DNA from: an uncultured Gemmatimonadales bacterium
GTDB lineage: Bacteria; Gemmatimonadota; Gemmatimonadetes; Longimicrobiales; RSA9
NCBI GenBank assembly: GCA_963708135.1
Contig: OY970192.1
Location: 5,248,001 to 5,312,000 of the forward strand
DNA: 64,000 nt
Direction: 5' to 3'
This document shows positions 50,534-61,134 of the stretch, piece after piece. The position numbers and the translations under genes are program-made. Position 1 is the stretch's first letter. Every line of letters begins with the position of its first letter. The notes beneath the pieces are model-generated. The model had not been told where the DNA came from. It searched no databases and saw only the letters and a list, made by a program, of their open reading frames with translations.

Positions 50534-51573
50534 GGCGCCTTTCCCCCCTTCCGCAGCTCCGCGTCGATGCGCGCGAGCTCCAGCAGCAGCGTCTCCAGCG
50601 CGTCCTGGTATGCCCCCGCCTCCATCCCCGCCTTCGCCGCCTTGAGCGAGTCGATCTGCCCCTGCAGCGTCCGCTTCCGCTCGAGCAGCGCCTTCACCGC
50701 CGGGTCGCCCGCCACCGCCGCGGGCACGCCCGCCGCCGCCGCCGACTCCGCCAGCACGAACCGCGCGGCCCCCCGCGCGTCCGGCCCCGACGGCACCGAG
50801 TCGGCCGAGGGGGTGCCGTCGCCATCGCCGTCGAGCAGCGCGTGCTCCGTCTGCAGCTCGTTCTCCTGCGCGTATGCCCGCGCCACCTCCCGCCGCGCGT
50901 AGAGGTACGCCTCGAGCAGCGAGACGCGCCCGTCCTTGTCCGCGTCCGCGCCGTCGCCCGTCAGGGCGTCCACGAAATGGCGCCCGAACACCGTCTCGTT
51001 GGCCTCCGCCGCGTTCCGTGTGGCCGTGATGACCAGCCGGTTCTTCCCCTTGAGCGCCGTGATGAAGCCGCCGCTCGACGCCGTCGTGTTCACCACGGCG
51101 ACGCTCTCCTCCGAAAGCCGGTCCAGCATCGACGCCAGCTGCGCCGCGCCCAGGTCCGGCCCCGGCAGGTTGAGCCGCGGCGCGCCGCCCGCGTCCGAGC
51201 CGTGGCCGATCAGCACGACGAGCACCTGGTCCCCCGCGTGCGCCCGCCGCGCGATTCCCGCGATGGCGCGGTCCACGTTCTCCGCCGTCGAGCGCGCGCG
51301 GATCCGCGCCGGGTCGCGTTCCGGGCGCTCCGCCAGGAACACCACGCTCGAGTCCGCCAGCCCGTACTTCTTCCGCGCCGCATCCACCAGCGCCGCCCCC
51401 TCCCTGTAGAACGCCTCCGAGTACTCCGGCATTCCGCCGATCCCCGAAACGACGAGCAGATGCGTCTGCTGCGCCGACACGCTGCGCGCGGCGAGGCCTG
51501 AGCCCGCCATTGCGATGATCCAGACGACGCGCCCTCCGAGCCCCGAGCCCCGAGCAGCGAGCCCCCGTCTCAC
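50530..51573 (-). CDS. Secreted hypothetical protein with a caspase/C13-like fold and C-terminal coiled coil
   Basis: VLVVLIGHG, ASSGGF, ADADKDGRVSLLEAY; GTG start overlaps the upstream stop. Confidence 0.7.
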   Translation of the reverse strand: MRRGLAARGSGLGGRVVWIIAMAGSGLAARSVSAQQTHLLVVSGIGGMPEYSEAFYREGAALVDAARKKYGLADSSVVFLAERPERDPARIRARSTAENVDRAIAGIARRAHAGDQVLVVLIGHGSDAGGAPRLNLPGPDLGAAQLASMLDRLSEESVAVVNTTASSGGFITALKGKNRLVITATRNAAEANETVFGRHFVDALTGDGADADKDGRVSLLEAYLYARREVARAYAQENELQTEHALLDGDGDGTPSADSVPSGPDARGAARFVLAESAAAAGVPAAVAGDPAVKALLERKRTLQGQIDSLKAAKAGMEAGAYQDALETLLLELARIDAELRKGGKAP

Positions 51574-53855
51574 GCCAGCCCCCGCGCGCGCCGCCACCCC
51601 CACTCCGCGCCCGCCAGCACGATGAGCAGCAGGAACACGACCGGCATGTCCCACAGGTCCTTCTCCTCGATGCGGCTCGTGCCGCTGCCGACGTAGCGGA
51701 TGTCCTCCGGCAGCGACGCCAGCGTCGCGGGCGTGTAGAAGCGGCCGCCCGTCTCCGCCGCGATGCGCTCGAGCAGCGGCGCGCGCATCCCCGCGTCGAA
51801 GTACTCGGCTGCGCTCGGCCCCGCCTGGAACGAGGCCGTGTCGCCGCCCAGCAGCGCCGCCCCGCGTCTCGCCTCGACCGCCACCTCGTGGACGCCGGCC
51901 TCGGTCGGCGTGAAGCGGGCGCGGTAGGCGCCGTCGCGGTCCACGTCCCACTCCATCGGCACCTCGGTGACGGCGCCCGAGGGCGCGCGCACCCGCGCCA
52001 CCACGGCGGCTCCGTTCACCGCCACGAACGCGGAGTCCGCCACCGTCGCCTGGAGCGTGACGGCCTCGCCCGGCTCGACCCGCTCCGCCGCCACGGTGGC
52101 CTCGACCGGCGGCGGCACGTCCGCCACCAGCCAGCGCAGCATCTGCCGCCAGAAGGTCTCGTGCGTCATGTCGTCCGGCGCGATCGAAGCGTCCATCTGC
52201 CAGAGCCAGGTGTCCTCGGCCGTGAGCGCCGCCGCGCGCCCGCGGCCATAGCGCTGCGCCGCGAGCACCACCTGCTCGTCCGGCAGCCCCTCGCCCCGGC
52301 CCACGAGCAGCGCCGTGGCGCCCGGCTTGAGCCTGTCCAGCGGGTTCACGGTCGAGAGCTCCGGCAGCGCCTTCCAGCGCGCGAGCGAGGAGTCCTCCGT
52401 GGCCGCGAGCTGCGTCACCGCCGCGGCCCGGCCGGCGCGCGTCGGCTCGACCTTCATGCGCGCGAAGAAGTCCTCGCTCCCGCCGCCGGCCGGCAGCTCC
52501 ACCGGCAGCGCGTCGGAGAGCGGCGTGCCCGCGTAGCCGCCCTCCGCGAAGGCGTGCCGGCCGCCGATCATGAGCAGCCCGCCGCCGCGCTCGGAGACGA
52601 AATCCGCGATGAGCTGGAGCTGCTCGCGCGTGAAGAAGCTCGCCTCGATGCTGCCCAGGACGAGCGCCTTGTACGAGAAGAGCTCCTCGCGCGTCTTCGG
52701 GAACCCCGACACCAGCTCGTCCGGCCGGTCCACGTCCAGCCGCAGGAACTTGTCCTTCGCCGTCCGCAGCAGGACCACCAGCTGCAGGTTCGGATCGTCC
52801 GCCACCGCCCGCCGCAGGAACTTCACCTCGAAGCGCGGCTCGCCCTCCAGATACAGCACCTTCTCCCGCCCCTCGCGCACCCGCACCAGCGCGTCCTGCT
52901 CGTTGTTCTCCGCCACCGCCTCGCCCGGCTGCGCCGGGATCCGGAAGCGCAGGCGACGCGCCCCCGCCCGCTCCGCCGTGAACCGCACCCGTACCGGCGT
53001 CGGCTCGCCGTCCCGCGGCAGCGTGATCTCCTGCTGCGCCACCAGCCGCCCGCCGTCCTCCACGTAGAGCGGCACCCGCCGGCCGCCGTAGCCGGCCTGC
53101 GAGACCACAACGTCCACCACCAGCGACGTGCCCTCGAGCACCGTGCGCGGTACCTCCACCCGCGACAGCTCGATGTCCCGGTCCGGCGCCGGCCGACCCA
53201 CCCCCACCGTGAACACCGGCACCCGGGCGGCGCGCAGCGTGAGGAGCGACTGCGAGAGCGGCGCGCGCGCGTTGTCCGCCCCGTCGCTCACCACCACGAG
53301 GCCCGCGAGCGGCACCCCCGCGAGCTCCTCTCGCGCCTCGTCCATCGCGGCCGCCAGGTCGGTGCGCGTCCCCGCGAAGGCGAGCGTGCCGGGGTCGCCC
53401 GTGCGTTCGGCGGAGGAGGAGAAGCGGAAGAAGCGGAGCTGGAACCGGCGGGCGAGCGCCTCCCGGAGCGCGGCCGTGTCCGTGCCGAGCTCGCGCGTCG
53501 CGAACGCACCCCGGGACCCGCCGTCCTGGTCGGCGATCCGCATGCTCCGCGAGTCGTCCACGAGCACACCGAGGAAGTTCTGCTGCGGCACGAGCGAGGA
53601 GATCACGAGCTTCGGCCGCAGCAGGCAGAACGCCAGCGCCGCGAGCACCCCCAGCCGCAGCGCCACGAGCACAACCCGGTCCAGCCGCCGCGCCTTCCCG
53701 CCCACGCGCGTGTAGCTCCACAGCACTGCCCCAGCCACGATCAGCGTCAGCGGAAGCAGCACCGCCAGCGCCCTGCGCCCCGACAGCGCGATGCTGCCCC
53801 GCTCGAACACGAGCGGGCTGTACTTGAACAGGAAGCGGAAGAGCGAATCGAGCAC
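51570..53855 (-). CDS. Membrane VWA plus glutamine-amidotransferase-like (GATase1-like) domain protein
   Basis: MIDAS DDSRSM, VVSDG, ENN, KVLYLEGEPRFE, GGGLLMIGG, FWRQMLRWL, EWGWRRARGLA. Confidence 0.88.
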   Translation of the reverse strand: MLDSLFRFLFKYSPLVFERGSIALSGRRALAVLLPLTLIVAGAVLWSYTRVGGKARRLDRVVLVALRLGVLAALAFCLLRPKLVISSLVPQQNFLGVLVDDSRSMRIADQDGGSRGAFATRELGTDTAALREALARRFQLRFFRFSSSAERTGDPGTLAFAGTRTDLAAAMDEAREELAGVPLAGLVVVSDGADNARAPLSQSLLTLRAARVPVFTVGVGRPAPDRDIELSRVEVPRTVLEGTSLVVDVVVSQAGYGGRRVPLYVEDGGRLVAQQEITLPRDGEPTPVRVRFTAERAGARRLRFRIPAQPGEAVAENNEQDALVRVREGREKVLYLEGEPRFEVKFLRRAVADDPNLQLVVLLRTAKDKFLRLDVDRPDELVSGFPKTREELFSYKALVLGSIEASFFTREQLQLIADFVSERGGGLLMIGGRHAFAEGGYAGTPLSDALPVELPAGGGSEDFFARMKVEPTRAGRAAAVTQLAATEDSSLARWKALPELSTVNPLDRLKPGATALLVGRGEGLPDEQVVLAAQRYGRGRAAALTAEDTWLWQMDASIAPDDMTHETFWRQMLRWLVADVPPPVEATVAAERVEPGEAVTLQATVADSAFVAVNGAAVVARVRAPSGAVTEVPMEWDVDRDGAYRARFTPTEAGVHEVAVEARRGAALLGGDTASFQAGPSAAEYFDAGMRAPLLERIAAETGGRFYTPATLASLPEDIRYVGSGTSRIEEKDLWDMPVVFLLLIVLAGAEWGWRRARGLA

Positions 53856-54379
53856 GGCGGCCCCGCGGCATCGGGTTCGGGGGTGCTGCGTGCGGCGGGG
53901 AAGGGGACGCGGCCATGGGCCGCGCATCGCCGGCCCCGGCGCTCCGGAACGGTCGGGCCGGCGCGTCGTGGGCGCCCACCTGCTGGGGAGATCAGCCGAC
54001 CGTGGAGATTGCGTTCGTTAACGTACCACGCGAGCGACGAAAAAGCTCCATCCCGCGCGCGGGTCGGCGCCCTACATCATCCCCTCCCGTGTGCTGGTGC
54101 GTGTCCCTGTACGCGGGTTCGCGCCCCGTCACCCGCTTGGGCGGCCCCCGCGCGCCTCGCTCCGCACGCTCGGGCCGCCTGGCGGCTCCGCCCCTGGATT
54201 AGGATTCGTTCGGCGCCGAGCCGTGGGGGGGATGGAGGTGAAGACCTCCGGTCGAGATCGCTCTTCAGCGGGATGGTGCCGCGGGGTTCCTTGCGAGATT
54301 CGGCTCCATGACCCGGTGAAGAACATCGCATCCACAACATCGGGCCAGACGGCTCGCATGCCCTGGTTTCCCGACGGGC

Positions 54380-54482
54380 GGAGCGCGACGATCTGGCGCG
54401 CCCTCGTCGTCCCCGCCGTCCAGACCTCGGCGACGCCATCCAGGGAGACCCCCCTCCCAGTCGCCGTGCTCCCGGGCTTGCC
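54380..54482 (-). pseudogene. Frameshifted remnant of a Fic gene
   Basis: Nucleotide similarity to 55292-55401; translates as QAREHGDWEG versus QAIRENGDWEG in the intact gene. Confidence 0.75.
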
Positions 54483-54798
54483 ACGTCAGCTCGCAATGGG
54501 ATTCGAGGCTGCTCGACACCACCTGTCGCCGGAAGCTCGTCCGGGGCTCGTTCTCGGCGTCGCCCCACGGGGCCAAGGGCCGGACAAGATCGGCAAGTGG
54601 AGATCCCGGCCGGGCACCGATCCCCGTTCTTGATCGGAAATCGAGATCAAACGCACACTCGCCGCTTCGAGGCGACCTCGCGAACGCGATTTTGCTCGCT
54701 TCCCGAGACACATCGCGTTCCAGAGACTGTCGCGGACATCCGTTGCGCGATCCTGCTCGGTCTGCTCGGCCCGTACGTGCGCCCCGGAGAGCGCCTCC

Positions 54799-54903
54799 CC
54801 ACCGCAGCGCCCGCGTCAGCCCGGCCACGCCACTCCGGCTGCCGGCACCCCCACCGCAGCGCCGCGCGTCAGCCCGGCCACGCCACTCCGACCGCCGCCA
54901 CCC
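54799..54903. repeat. ~53-bp tandem duplication
   Basis: CCACCGCAGCGCC(G)CGCGTCAGCCCGGCCACGCCACTCCG twice. Confidence 0.8.
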
Positions 54904-55022
54904 CGGCCCACGCGAGCCGCCCCCCAAGCTCCATGGCGGCTCGCCCCCTCCGCGTTCGCCTGGTTGCGCCGCCCCTCCTCCGCTACCACCCGCGTTCGAG
55001 CTGGACGCCTACGGGCGGAGTC

Positions 55023-56177
55023 CTATCCCCGCTCCTCCCGCTCACCGAACAGCTGCAGATAGCGCTCGAACGCGAATACTCGATACGTCTGCCTGCCGCT
55101 CGTCTCGCGCAGGATGCCGGCATCCTCCAGCGCGTTGGTGAGCGCGTTGGCGGCCGGCTGGGAGAGCCCGGTCACCTCCTGGACCCGCTTCACGTTGACG
55201 ATCGGCGTGCGGAACAACCCCTCGAGCAGCGTGAGCCCCGGCGCCGCGCGACGCCCCAGCTCCTGCGCGATCCGCTGCCGCTCTTCCTCCCGGAGCGCCA
55301 CGATCTGGCGTGCCGTCGCCGTCGCCTCCGTCGAGACCTCGGCGACCCCCTCGAGGAAGAAGGCCAGCCACCCCTCCCAGTCGCCGTTTTCCCGGATCGC
55401 CTGCAGACGGTCGTAGTACTCCCGCCGGTTGCGCTTGAAGAAGATCGAAAGGTAGAGGATCGGCTCGCGCAGCACGTCCTCGTGAACCAGGAAGAACGTG
55501 ATCAGCAGGCGTCCGACCCTGCCGTTGCCGTCCAGGAACGGATGCAGGGTCTCGAACTGCGCGTGCGCGAGGCCCGCCCGCACGAGCACCGGAAGATCGG
55601 ACGCGGCATGGAGAAACTGCTCGAGCTCGTTCAGCGACCGTTGCATCTCGTCCACTGGCGGCGGGACAAATCGGGCCGCCGCCGGGCTCGGACCACCGAT
55701 CCAGTTCTGGGACCGGCGGAATTCGCCGGGAGTCTTTGAGGGCTCGCCTCCACGAACTCCCGCCATCAGCCGGGCATGAATCTCCCGGATCAATCGGAGC
55801 GAGAGTGGCGTCTTCACCCGCTCGAGTCCGAAGCGGAGCGCATCGATGTAGTTCGTGATCTCCGCCACATCGACGCGTCGCTCGGTGCGCTCCATCTGCG
55901 CCTCGTACTCCAGGAGATCCACGAGCGACGCCTCTTTGCCCTCGATCTGACTCGACAGCACGGCCTCGCGCCGTACGTACATGTACACGAACAGGTCCGG
56001 GTCCGGCAGGATCTCGGCGGAACCCACCAGCCGACCCAGCGACAGAGTCGCCTTCTCGAGCAACTCCGCGAGCGCACCCAGCCGGAGATCCCCCGGCGGA
56101 AACCGTGCGGGAACGAACGCCCGGTAGCCCGCCGGTTGCGGGCGGAACACCCCGGCTCGTGAGGTCAGATCGGGCAT
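55023..56177 (-). CDS. Fic family protein with N-terminal Fic_N region and C-terminal HTH-like region
   Basis: EAVLSSQIEG and the catalytic motif HPFLDGNGRVGR. Confidence 0.95.
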   Translation of the reverse strand: MPDLTSRAGVFRPQPAGYRAFVPARFPPGDLRLGALAELLEKATLSLGRLVGSAEILPDPDLFVYMYVRREAVLSSQIEGKEASLVDLLEYEAQMERTERRVDVAEITNYIDALRFGLERVKTPLSLRLIREIHARLMAGVRGGEPSKTPGEFRRSQNWIGGPSPAAARFVPPPVDEMQRSLNELEQFLHAASDLPVLVRAGLAHAQFETLHPFLDGNGRVGRLLITFFLVHEDVLREPILYLSIFFKRNRREYYDRLQAIRENGDWEGWLAFFLEGVAEVSTEATATARQIVALREEERQRIAQELGRRAAPGLTLLEGLFRTPIVNVKRVQEVTGLSQPAANALTNALEDAGILRETSGRQTYRVFAFERYLQLFGEREERG

Positions 56178-56204
56178 CGCGGCACGTCTCGGCTCATGCG
56201 GCGG

Positions 56205-56272
56205 CTTATGCGAGGAGGATCATGGAATAAGAATATCGCCGAAACCTTATTTCTCCGCAAGCCTCGCATAAG
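56205..56272. promoter_or_regulatory. Nested inverted repeat upstream of fic (candidate operator)
   Basis: CTTATGCGAGG...CCTCGCATAAG enclosing AATAAG-N14-CTTATT. Confidence 0.55.
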
Positions 56273-56330
56273 GCAGGAAACGCGACGGGCGCAGCTCGGC
56301 GGCGCACCACTCCCCGCCGCCGCCGGCGCT

Positions 56331-56780
56331 GTCCAGCGAATCCGAATCCAGCGCGGTGGAATCCGAATCCCGGCCGTTCCTGGCCGGGGCGGGTGGGCTT
56401 CGGGACCTCTCGGGCGGTCGCAGGTAGCGTCTGCCCGAGCGTGTGGTGCCGAGCCGTGCCCGGGCTGTGGGGATGCCGTACCTGGCCGGAGGCCGTCCCA
56501 CGCCGGGGGCGGCGGGATGAATCCGGCAATTCCCCCGCGCCGACGATCGCGTACGAGATTCGTTTCGTCAGGCGAGCGAAATCTCTCGCGCGCCGGCCTC
56601 GTTGCGCGTGTCGTGCCGCTTTCGTTTCGCCACACGATCGAAAACTCGAGCCCGCGATGCTGGCGAAGCGACCTTACGACATCCGACTCGCTCGCGAGCG
56701 TGGGGAGGGTCCTCACCGGGTCGTTCCCGTAGTCCAACGAATCCGAATCCAGCGGCCGCAGGCCGCAGAATCCGAATCCG
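56331..56780. repeat. Four GAATCCGAATCC motifs in two pairs
   Basis: Copies at 56338, 56359, 56739, 56768; an inverted variant at 54196-54207. Confidence 0.75.
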
Positions 56781-56936
56781 GCCTGTCCGGCGCGGCGCCG
56801 CCACGCCCGAGGCTTGCCGCGGCCGGACGGTACGCGAACAAGCGGGGGCCTGGTGACCTGGCGATGTCGGCACACGCGCTGCAGGATGGGGGAACGAAAG
56901 CGCAGAGCCTTGAGGATCGCATGGAGGTCCAGCACC

Positions 56937-58094
56937 ATGGCCACACCCGCGTCCCCGCCAGCCCGCCGCCCCCCAGCGCCCGCGGCCGGGCCCCACCTCT
57001 TCGCGCCGCTCCGCGTCGGCAGCCTCGAGCTGCGCAACCGCATCATCATCGCGCCAATGTGCCAGTACTCCGCCGTCGAAGGCTGCATGACCGACTGGCA
57101 CCTGATCCACCTCGGCCATCTCGCCCTGTCCGGCGCCGCGCTGCTCACCATCGAGGCGACGGCGGTCACGCCCGGGGGCCGCATCACCTACGCCGACACC
57201 GGGCTCTGGTCGGACGGGACCGAAGCCGCCATGCGACGCGTCCTCGAGGCCGTCCGGCGCTGGTCCGACATCCCGGTCGCGATCCAGCTCGGCCACGCGG
57301 GTCGCAAGGCATCGCACGAGGTCCCGTGGAAGGGCGACGCGCAGTTCGCGCCGGGCGAGGAGAACGGCTGGAAGACGGAGGCGCCGTCGGCGATTGCCTA
57401 TCTCCCGGGCGAGGACCCGCCCGTGGCCATGGGCCGCGCCGCGCTCGCGCGCGTCCGCGAGGCGTTCGCCGATTCCGCGCGCCGAGCCGCCCGGCTCGGG
57501 ATCGATGCCATCCAGCTCCACGGCGCGCACGGCTACCTGCTGCACGAGTTCCTGTCGCCGCTCTCGAACCGGCGCGAGGACGAGTACGGCGGCACGCTCG
57601 AGAACCGCATGCGTTTCCCGCTAGAGGTGTTCGACGCCGCGCGCGCCGCGTTCCCGGCGGAGCGGCCGGTGAGCGTGCGGGTCTCGGCCACGGACTGGGC
57701 CGAAGGCGGGCTGACCCTGGAGGAGACGATCGCCTTCGCGCAGGCGCTGGAGGCGCGGGGCTGTTCGGCCATCCACGTCTCGAGCGGCGGCCTCTCGCCC
57801 ACCCAGAAGATCCCCGTCGCGCCCGGCTACCAGGTCCCGCTCGCCCGCGCCGTTCGCGCCGCCACGAGCACGATGCCGGTCGTCGCGGTGGGGCTGATCA
57901 CGGAGCCGGAGCACGCGGAGGCCATCGTCGCCAACGGCGATGCGGACCTCGTCGCGCTCGCGCGCGGCATGCTCTACGACCCGCGCTGGCCCTGGCACGC
58001 CGCCGCGCACCTGGGTGCCCACGTCGAGGTCCCGCCCCAGTACCTGCGCTCCCGCCCGCGCGGCTACCCCGACCTGTTCGGGTCGGGCGAGTGA
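56937..58094 (+). CDS. NADH:flavin oxidoreductase (Old Yellow Enzyme, YqjM/NamA-like)
   Basis: APMCQYS, IQLGHAGRKAS, HGAHGYLLHEFLSPLSN.R.DEYGG, PPQYLR. Confidence 0.93.
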   Translation: MATPASPPARRPPAPAAGPHLFAPLRVGSLELRNRIIIAPMCQYSAVEGCMTDWHLIHLGHLALSGAALLTIEATAVTPGGRITYADTGLWSDGTEAAMRRVLEAVRRWSDIPVAIQLGHAGRKASHEVPWKGDAQFAPGEENGWKTEAPSAIAYLPGEDPPVAMGRAALARVREAFADSARRAARLGIDAIQLHGAHGYLLHEFLSPLSNRREDEYGGTLENRMRFPLEVFDAARAAFPAERPVSVRVSATDWAEGGLTLEETIAFAQALEARGCSAIHVSSGGLSPTQKIPVAPGYQVPLARAVRAATSTMPVVAVGLITEPEHAEAIVANGDADLVALARGMLYDPRWPWHAAAHLGAHVEVPPQYLRSRPRGYPDLFGSGE

Positions 58095-58104
58095 CCCTCC
58101 GACG

Positions 58105-60729
58105 CTACTCCGCCCTGAGGGCGGCCGTGGGATCCGCGCGAATGGCTCGGCGCGCGGGAACGTAGCTCGCGGCCAGGACGACCACGGCCAGAACGAGCGG
58201 GGCCGCGCCGAAGGTGAGGGCATCCCGGGGGCCGATGCCGTAGAGCATCCCGGCCAGCAGCCGGGTGGTGAGCGCGGCGCCGGCGAGGCCTGCGGCGATC
58301 CCCGCCGCGGCAAGCGCGGCGCCCCAGCGCAGCACCAGCCAGAGCACGTGGCGGCGCGGCGCTCCGAGCGCCAGCCGGATGGCGTACTCCCTGCCACGCT
58401 GGCTCACCGCGTAGGCGGTTACTCCGTAGATCCCGACCGCGCCCAGGACGAGCGCGAGAGCCGCGAAGATCGCCAGCAGCCCGCTCTCCGATCGGGGTTG
58501 TGCGAGGGAGGCGGCCAGCAGCTCGTCCTGGGTGCGCACGTCGCTCACCGGGGTATCCTCGTCCAGCGAGGCGACGAGCCCGGGCAGCGCCCGGGCGACG
58601 GCCACGGGGTTCCCCCTCGAGCGCACCACCAGCCTCATAGGGCCCGTGGGTGCCTGCGCGAGCGGCACGTACAGCGCCGGGCCGTCGCCGCCGGCGAGGT
58701 CCGTCCACTTCACGTCCGCCACCACCCCAACGACCGTGCGCCACCCCTCGTCGAAGACCAGCTTCAGCCGCTTCCCCAGCGCGCTCTCACCCGGCCAGTA
58801 GCGCCGCGCCAGGCCCTCGCTCACGATCGCGGCACCGGGCGCATCGGCGCGATCCCCGGGCGTGAACGGCCGCCCCGCGAGGAGCGGGACGCCCAGCGCA
58901 CGGAAGTAGTCCGCGCTGACCGTCAGTCGGGCATCGGCCAGCGGCCAGTCCCCGCTCGTGGCCGGATCCGGCCGCCCCTCGATGAGGAAGACGCTCCCGT
59001 ACGCGTCCCCCCCGAACGGGACCCCGCTGCCGACGGCCACCGCCGTGGCGCCCGGCAGGGTCCCCACCCGCGCCAGCAGCCGCTCGTAGAAGCGCACGAG
59101 GTCCGGCTCCGCCGCGTAGCGAAACTGCGGCGGTGCCACCCTGGCCACGACCACGCCGCGCGTGCCGAACCCCGGATCGACGGCAAGGAGGCGCGAAAAG
59201 CTGCGGAGCAGCAGCCCGGCGCCGATCACCAGCACGACCGACACGGCGACCTGCGCCGCGACGATCGCCGCGGACAGCCGCTGCCGATCGCGCGTCATCC
59301 CCGCGCGTCCGCCGGCCGCCACGATGGCGCCCGGAGCCTGCCGTGACGACCGGAGCGCGGGCACGAGGCCGAACAGCAGGCTCGTCACGAGCGAGGCGCC
59401 GAGCGCGAAGCCGAGGACCGGGACGTCGATGCCTACGTCGCCGAGGCGGGGGAAGTCCGGTGGCAGCACATTCCGCACGGCGGCCACCGCGGAGAAGGCG
59501 AGACCGAGCCCGGCCAGACCACCGCCCAGGCCCAGCACCAAGCTCTCCGTCAGCATCTGCCGGACGAGGCGGCCCCGGCCCGCTCCGAGCGCCGTGCGGA
59601 TCCCCACCTCCCGGCGCCGCGCCGCACCCCGCGAGAGAAGCAGGTTCGCCACGTTCGCGCACGCCACCAGAAGCAGCAGCGCGACCGCACCGAACAGGAT
59701 GAACAGCATGGGCCGGACGTTCCCGACCAGACGCTCCCGCAGCGGCACCACCGTCGCACCCTTCCAGTAGCCCTCCGGCATCGTCCACGGCAGCAGCCGG
59801 CGCATCCGTGGCTCCAGGGCGGCGACCTCCTGGCGCGCCTCCTCCCTGGTAGCGCCCGGACGCAGCCGCGCCAGCTTGTGGAAGCCACCCGCTCCCCACA
59901 GCTCTCCGGGCGGCAGCCCCTGCACGACCGCGGGGACCCATACCTCCGTCGCCTCTCCGGGGAACCGGAACCTCGCCGGCATGACGCCCACGATCGTCCG
60001 GCTCACGCCGTCGAGCTCGACGCGCCTCCCGACGATCCCCGCCGCGGCCCCGAAGCGCCGCCGCCACAGCCCATCGCTGATCACGACCACGGCATCCGAA
60101 CCGGGCACGTCCTCCCCCGGCACGAACGTCCGACCCGCCTCCGGGCCCACCCCCAGCAGCGTGAACAGCCCCGTCGTTACCGCCGCCCCGGACAGCCGCT
60201 CGGGCTCGCCGGAGCCGGTCAGGCTCAACTCTCTCGCCGCGTAGCCTTCCACGCGCTCGAACGCCCGCACCTTCCCACGCATCGCCACGACCTCGCCCAG
60301 CACCCCCATGCCGGCATCCACGCTGACCACCCGCTCCGGCTGGTGGATCGCCAGCGGCCGCAGCAGGACTCCCTCCACCAGGCTGAACACCGCCGTCGTG
60401 CCGCCGATCCCCAGCGCGAGCGTGACCACGCAGGCCACGCTGAACAGAGGCGCCCCCCGCAGCGTCCGCAGCGCGTAACGGATGTCCATTGCCAGCTCCG
60501 CCAGCCAGCGGGCGCCACGCTCGTCCCGCATCACCTCCCCGTGGCGATCCACACCCCCGAACGCCAGCAGCGCCCGGCGCCGCGCTTCCACCGGCCGCAT
60601 TCCCGCCCGCACGTTGGCGTCCGTCATCATGTCGATGTGGAACCGGAACTCCTCCTCCATCCGCGATTCGGCCGACCCGCGGGAGAAGAGCAGCCACAGC
60701 CGCGCACGAACCGCGTCGTACCACCTCAT
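58105..60729 (-). CDS. ADOP-type duplicated ABC permease (MacB/FtsX domains)
   Basis: Permease-prefix [68 protein letters not shown]. Confidence 0.93.
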   Translation of the reverse strand: MRWYDAVRARLWLLFSRGSAESRMEEEFRFHIDMMTDANVRAGMRPVEARRRALLAFGGVDRHGEVMRDERGARWLAELAMDIRYALRTLRGAPLFSVACVVTLALGIGGTTAVFSLVEGVLLRPLAIHQPERVVSVDAGMGVLGEVVAMRGKVRAFERVEGYAARELSLTGSGEPERLSGAAVTTGLFTLLGVGPEAGRTFVPGEDVPGSDAVVVISDGLWRRRFGAAAGIVGRRVELDGVSRTIVGVMPARFRFPGEATEVWVPAVVQGLPPGELWGAGGFHKLARLRPGATREEARQEVAALEPRMRRLLPWTMPEGYWKGATVVPLRERLVGNVRPMLFILFGAVALLLLVACANVANLLLSRGAARRREVGIRTALGAGRGRLVRQMLTESLVLGLGGGLAGLGLAFSAVAAVRNVLPPDFPRLGDVGIDVPVLGFALGASLVTSLLFGLVPALRSSRQAPGAIVAAGGRAGMTRDRQRLSAAIVAAQVAVSVVLVIGAGLLLRSFSRLLAVDPGFGTRGVVVARVAPPQFRYAAEPDLVRFYERLLARVGTLPGATAVAVGSGVPFGGDAYGSVFLIEGRPDPATSGDWPLADARLTVSADYFRALGVPLLAGRPFTPGDRADAPGAAIVSEGLARRYWPGESALGKRLKLVFDEGWRTVVGVVADVKWTDLAGGDGPALYVPLAQAPTGPMRLVVRSRGNPVAVARALPGLVASLDEDTPVSDVRTQDELLAASLAQPRSESGLLAIFAALALVLGAVGIYGVTAYAVSQRGREYAIRLALGAPRRHVLWLVLRWGAALAAAGIAAGLAGAALTTRLLAGMLYGIGPRDALTFGAAPLVLAVVVLAASYVPARRAIRADPTAALRAE

Positions 60730-61058
60730 TGCATCTGGAGCACGGCCTCGAGACCCGCGACGAAGCGCTGCCAGCTCGCCAGCTCCTCGCCCAACGCCCG
60801 ACGCCCCGCCGCAGTCAGCGTGTAGTAGCGCGCCCGCCGGTTGTTGCCTGTCGTCCCCCAGTCGCTCGTCACCAGACCGCCCTTCTCCAGCCGCTGCAGC
60901 GCCGGATAGAGCGAACCCTGATTCACCTCCAGCGCGCCCTCCGAGATCTGCTGCACCCGCTGGCTGATCCCCCACCCGTGCATCGGAGCCAGCGAGAGCG
61001 TCTTCAGCACCAGCAGATCCAGCGATCCACGCAGTGCGTCGTTCTGGTTGCGCGCCAT
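60726..61058 (-). CDS. PadR family regulator of the ADOP-associated type
   Basis: [44 protein letters not shown] overlap with the permease. Confidence 0.95.
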   Translation of the reverse strand: MARNQNDALRGSLDLLVLKTLSLAPMHGWGISQRVQQISEGALEVNQGSLYPALQRLEKGGLVTSDWGTTGNNRRARYYTLTAAGRRALGEELASWQRFVAGLEAVLQMQ

Positions 61059-61075
61059 CCGACCCCCCTCCCGCG

Positions 61076-61127
61076 TTCCTGTAGCCATCGAGGGTAAGAT
61101 GCGCGGCTGTCCTGTCGATGTCAACAG
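61076..61127 (-). promoter_or_regulatory. padR promoter with two candidate PadR boxes
   Basis: TTGACA-17-CATCTT; palindrome CTGTCGATGTCAACAG over the -35 and a related CCTGTAGCCATCGAGGG downstream of the -10. Confidence 0.6.
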
Positions 61128-61134
61128 AAACGAA

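Noticed and set aside
54091..54927. Protein-coding genes in the region left of fic
   Set aside because: ORFs lack codon bias and motifs, apart from the short fic remnant
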